A stretch of 64,000 nucleotides of DNA from Methanobacteriota archaeon (GTDB lineage: Archaea; Thermoplasmatota; Poseidoniia; Poseidoniales; Thalassarchaeaceae). Below the pieces are notes generated by a model. That model searched no databases, was not told the DNA's origin, and saw nothing but the letters and a program-made list of their open reading frames with translations. Position numbers and translations under genes: made by a program. Where the stretch lies: contig JAERSV010000039.1 of the NCBI GenBank assembly GCA_016845345.1, positions 1,113 through 65,112 on the forward strand, written 5' to 3'. Of the stretch, positions 60,757-64,000 are shown in pieces; the first letter of the stretch is position 1; every line of letters starts with the position of its first letter.

Positions 60757-62162
60757 GTGATTCAGAAGCCCGAGATGTCGTCGGGGAATATGAGGCGGGA
60801 TGGCATGACCCTGAAACCTCCACTGTTAGATTTGATGCTGGGCTTTCCGAACAAGTAGTCCGCGATATTTCAGAATTGAAAAATGAGCCAGAGTGGATGA
60901 CTGATATCCGTGTCAAGGCATTCCATCATTTCATGAAACAACCAATGCCAAGTTGGGGAAATCTTGAGATTTTAAACAACATTGATTTTGAGGCAATAAC
61001 TTACTTTCTACGGTCTGGAAATAAAACAGAAAATGATTGGGACGATGTCCCAGAAGACATCAAGCGGACATTTGACCGACTTGGAATTCCAGATGCCGAG
61101 CAGAAGTGGCTTGGAGGAGTAACCGCGCAGTATGAAAGCGAGGCAGTCTATCATTCAATCAGAGAAGACTTGGAGGCACAGGGTGTAATCTTCCTCGACA
61201 TGGATTCTGGCTTGAAAGAACACGAAGACCTTGTCAAAGAATATTTTTGCAAAGTCGTTCCATATCAAGATAACAAATTCTCAGCACTGAACACAGCGGT
61301 CTGGTCAGGCGGGTCTTTCATCTATGTCCCAAAAGGTGTCAAAGTTGAGATGCCAGTTCAGGCATATTTCCGTATCAATGCGAAAAACATGGGACAATTT
61401 GAGCGAACTCTGATTATTGCTGATGAAGGGTCTTCGATCCATTATGTTGAGGGATGTACAGCACCAACTTACTCAACAGAGAGTCTGCACAGTGCAGTAG
61501 TGGAATTGATTGCTCACAAAGATGCGCACATCAGATACTCAACCGTTCAAAATTGGTCAAACAATGTCTACAATTTAGTCACAAAGCGTGCAATCGCCCA
61601 CAAAAATGCTACAGTCGAATGGGTTGACGGCAACATCGGCTCAAAACTTACGATGAAGTATCCCGCTGTCATTCTCAAGGGAGAGGGCTCACACGCAGAA
61701 GTAATTTCAGTTGCTTATGCAGGTCAAGGACAACACCAAGACGCTGGCGCAAAAGTTCACCACTTGGCAAGGAACACGACGAGCAAGATTCTCTCCAAGA
61801 GTATCTCCAAAGATGGGGGTAGGGGTAGTTATCGAGGGATGGTTACTGTGGCAAAGAAAGCAGAAAATTGCAAAGTTAATGTTGTCTGTGATGCCTTAAT
61901 TCTTGACGAAGATAGTCAGTCAGATACTTATCCCACGATGGAAATTTCCAACCCAACCTGCCGCAGTGAACATGAGGCTAGTGTCAGTAAAGTCAGCGAT
62001 GAACAGTTGTTTTACTTGATGAGCCGCGGGCACACAGAAGACGAATCTATGGCTCTGATTGTCAACGGATTCTTTGAACCATTTACCCGCGAATTGCCAA
62101 TGGAATATGCAGTTGAACTCAACAAACTGATGGCACTGGAAATGGAAGGTAGCATCGGGTGA
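60753..62162 (+). CDS. sufB: Fe-S cluster assembly protein SufB
   Basis: SufB-typical segments [31 protein letters not shown] and [10 protein letters not shown]-like [15 protein letters not shown] overlap with sufC. Confidence 0.9.
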   Translation: MSDSEARDVVGEYEAGWHDPETSTVRFDAGLSEQVVRDISELKNEPEWMTDIRVKAFHHFMKQPMPSWGNLEILNNIDFEAITYFLRSGNKTENDWDDVPEDIKRTFDRLGIPDAEQKWLGGVTAQYESEAVYHSIREDLEAQGVIFLDMDSGLKEHEDLVKEYFCKVVPYQDNKFSALNTAVWSGGSFIYVPKGVKVEMPVQAYFRINAKNMGQFERTLIIADEGSSIHYVEGCTAPTYSTESLHSAVVELIAHKDAHIRYSTVQNWSNNVYNLVTKRAIAHKNATVEWVDGNIGSKLTMKYPAVILKGEGSHAEVISVAYAGQGQHQDAGAKVHHLARNTTSKILSKSISKDGGRGSYRGMVTVAKKAENCKVNVVCDALILDEDSQSDTYPTMEISNPTCRSEHEASVSKVSDEQLFYLMSRGHTEDESMALIVNGFFEPFTRELPMEYAVELNKLMALEMEGSIG

Positions 62163-62202
62163 TCGATTTTAAATTCGATTTAGACAGAGTGATGGTGATT
62201 TG

Positions 62203-63303
62203 ATGTCAAGTCAAGCAGAATACCTTGCTATTCCTGCCCCTGATAGAGCCGACCATTTGTGGCGCTACACACCTTGGCACAGGATTCATCCTACAGGAAA
62301 GCCAGAAGAAATCCCAAGTGGAGTCTCGCCAGCGGTTGTATCTCTCACAATGTTGGATGGAAGTGAACTGCCAGCGGGAGTTTCTATTTCTGCAATAGAA
62401 GGTCACCTAACTAGAAAAAATGAATCTGATGTGGGTGGCGCTTTCATCCGCGCACTCTCCGAAGAGAGCGCAGTAAAAATCACAATTGATGATGGAGTAA
62501 TCATTGATCAACCTCTCTTACTTACAGTTGAGAGCACAGGAACTGTAAGCGGTATCCAAATTGATGTCTCAGTAGGGGCAAATTCGCAGACTGAACTGCT
62601 TACTTTGATTGAGAGCGGTGCTGATTGGTTCGGACTCATGAGATGTGGTAAGATTGATAATTCTGCAATTTTCAACGACGTTGTAATTAATCGATTAGGG
62701 GCTAGCAAACTTCTCAGAATTGAGCAATTTACACTGCTGCGAGATGCTCAAGTAAAATTCGGAACCGTTGGTTCTGGTGGTGTGCAAACCAAGGGTGATT
62801 TGAGGTATATTCTAGAAGGCCGAGGCGCTAATCTTCAGGTAAATGGGTCAATCCTTTCAGCAGGAAGCCAGCATAACGACCACCATGTCGAAATCATGCA
62901 CGAAGAACCAGAAACTTTCAGCCGTCTGAAATGGCACTCAACCTGTGGTGGAAAAAGCCGGACGATCGGAACAGGGATGCTCAGAATCGCTCAAGGTGCA
63001 AAAGGTTCAGATTCCGCTCAAGTCTTCAATAATTTACTACTTTCAAAAGATGCTGAGGCTGACTCAATTCCTGAACTAGAAGTTTTGGAAAATGAAGTAG
63101 TAGGATGTGGTCATGGAACTGCTAGTGGCCCAGTTGATGAAGAACAAATGTTCTACTTGAAAACCCGCGGTTTCTCCGATAATGGAGCACGTGGACTCCT
63201 AATCACAGCATTTCTGAACTCTACTCTCAATGAAATGGGGTCAAAACAAATCCATACTTGGCTTGACCAACTTATTTCTGGTGGACTTTCATCTACATCT
63301 TGA
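62203..63303 (+). CDS. sufD: Fe-S cluster assembly protein SufD
   Basis: SufB/D beta-helix family; C-terminal FYLKTRGFSDNGARGLLITAF. Follows sufB. Confidence 0.8.
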   Translation: MSSQAEYLAIPAPDRADHLWRYTPWHRIHPTGKPEEIPSGVSPAVVSLTMLDGSELPAGVSISAIEGHLTRKNESDVGGAFIRALSEESAVKITIDDGVIIDQPLLLTVESTGTVSGIQIDVSVGANSQTELLTLIESGADWFGLMRCGKIDNSAIFNDVVINRLGASKLLRIEQFTLLRDAQVKFGTVGSGGVQTKGDLRYILEGRGANLQVNGSILSAGSQHNDHHVEIMHEEPETFSRLKWHSTCGGKSRTIGTGMLRIAQGAKGSDSAQVFNNLLLSKDAEADSIPELEVLENEVVGCGHGTASGPVDEEQMFYLKTRGFSDNGARGLLITAFLNSTLNEMGSKQIHTWLDQLISGGLSSTS

Positions 63304-63383
63304 AAACACACCATAGGTGTGAATAATAGAAAACATGGATTGATAATGTGGTGGCTGATGGCGGAATCCAAGGAGGAAGGAAT

Positions 63384-64000
63384 ATGGCACTGAATCTACC
63401 TTTAATCCGCGCTGACTTCCCAATTCTTTCGCGAATTCTTCCCTCTGGTCGGCCGTTAGTTTACTTGGATAATGCAGCCACCACTCAAAAGCCAAAAGTC
63501 GTCATTCAGGCAATGACTGATTACTATGAAAAAAACAACAGTAACGTCCACCGAGCGGTTCACACGCTCGCTGGGGAGGCAACTGCTGCCTACGAGAAAG
63601 CCCGACAAGATATTGCTGACTGGTTCTATGTTGAAAGAGAACAAGTTGTTTTCACAAGTGGAACGACTGAAGCGATAAATTTGGTAGTCCATGCTTGGGG
63701 GCGAGCGAATCTCAAGAAGGGTGATGTTGTACTAGTTACAGAAATGGAACACCATGCTGACATCGTCCCATGGCAACTAATTGCTAAAGAGCGAGGAATT
63801 GAAATTCGCTTTGTTTCTGTTGACCCTGAAACATTCCAACTCAACATGGATGAATTTGAAGCTTCAATCGATGAGGCCAGTTTTGTCGGCTGTGTTCATA
63901 CCAGCAATGTACTTGGAACTCGAAATCCCGTGGAAGAAATCATCGAGTTAGCACACACCCGAGGTAACCACGGCAAAGGAGCAAGAGTTCTCATTGACGC
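63384..64000 (+). CDS. sufS: Cysteine desulfurase SufS/CsdA family (3' end outside window)
   Basis: Not in the ORF track because no stop falls within the window. aggaggaagg lies upstream. The translation MALNLPLIRADFPIL...LVYLDNAATTQKP...NSNVHRAVHTLA...TSGTTEAINLV is typical of SufS. Confidence 0.85.
   Translation, partial: MALNLPLIRADFPILSRILPSGRPLVYLDNAATTQKPKVVIQAMTDYYEKNNSNVHRAVHTLAGEATAAYEKARQDIADWFYVEREQVVFTSGTTEAINLVVHAWGRANLKKGDVVLVTEMEHHADIVPWQLIAKERGIEIRFVSVDPETFQLNMDEFEASIDEASFVGCVHTSNVLGTRNPVEEIIELAHTRGNHGKGARVLID

Overview
This is a gene-dense 64-kb chromosomal segment of an archaeon. I call about 60 CDS and 2 tRNAs. I found no rRNA, no CRISPR array and no recognisable transposase or integrase. 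Archaeal origin is read directly from the translations: ribosomal proteins S3Ae/eS1, S27e, L44e and L37e, aIF2-alpha, Nop10, a PAC2-like protein, ABCE1, archaeosine tRNA-guanine transglycosylase, archaeal-type PheS-alpha and TIM, a CTP-type riboflavin kinase and a PGF-CTERM sorting signal. FolD, SucCD, SufBCDS plus Nfu, giant Asp-rich surface proteins and an AT-leaning composition (judged by eye) suggest a marine planktonic Thermoplasmatota (MGII-like) lineage. That placement is inference only. All product calls rest on motif recognition in the supplied translations; no database search was possible. Several starts were moved from the ORF-track coordinate (often TTG/GTG) to an internal ATG with a Shine-Dalgarno-like motif or a homology-consistent N-terminus.

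Most interesting observations:
1. 32286-36121: two tandem paralogous ~630-aa proteins directly after ABCE1. Each combines a Cas4/AddB-type iron-staple PD-(D/E)xK nuclease core (N-terminal Cys plus CX2CX5C) with apparent C-terminal OB-folds.
2. 36131-36734: tRNA-Ser(CGA) is followed by about 520 bp built from direct and inverted copies of its own 3' end. This includes a 150-bp tandem duplication whose units fold on paper into tRNA-like three-way junctions carrying the Ser acceptor stem.
3. Unusual core proteins: S3Ae fused to an acidic tail plus a SAP-like motif, L44e lacking three of four zinc cysteines, and a ThiI-like protein without the PP-loop.
4. Repeat-encoded low-complexity tails: a 54-bp x ~6 Pro/Gly/Arg repeat and a 66-bp x 3 Gln/Trp repeat.
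5. Regulatory-looking structure: seven phased TGAGTYNAG boxes upstream of purF, a duplicated 55-bp hairpin-bearing element, a perfect 7-1-7 palindrome on the sufC ribosome-binding site, and a recurring hairpin-SD-AUG leader layout.
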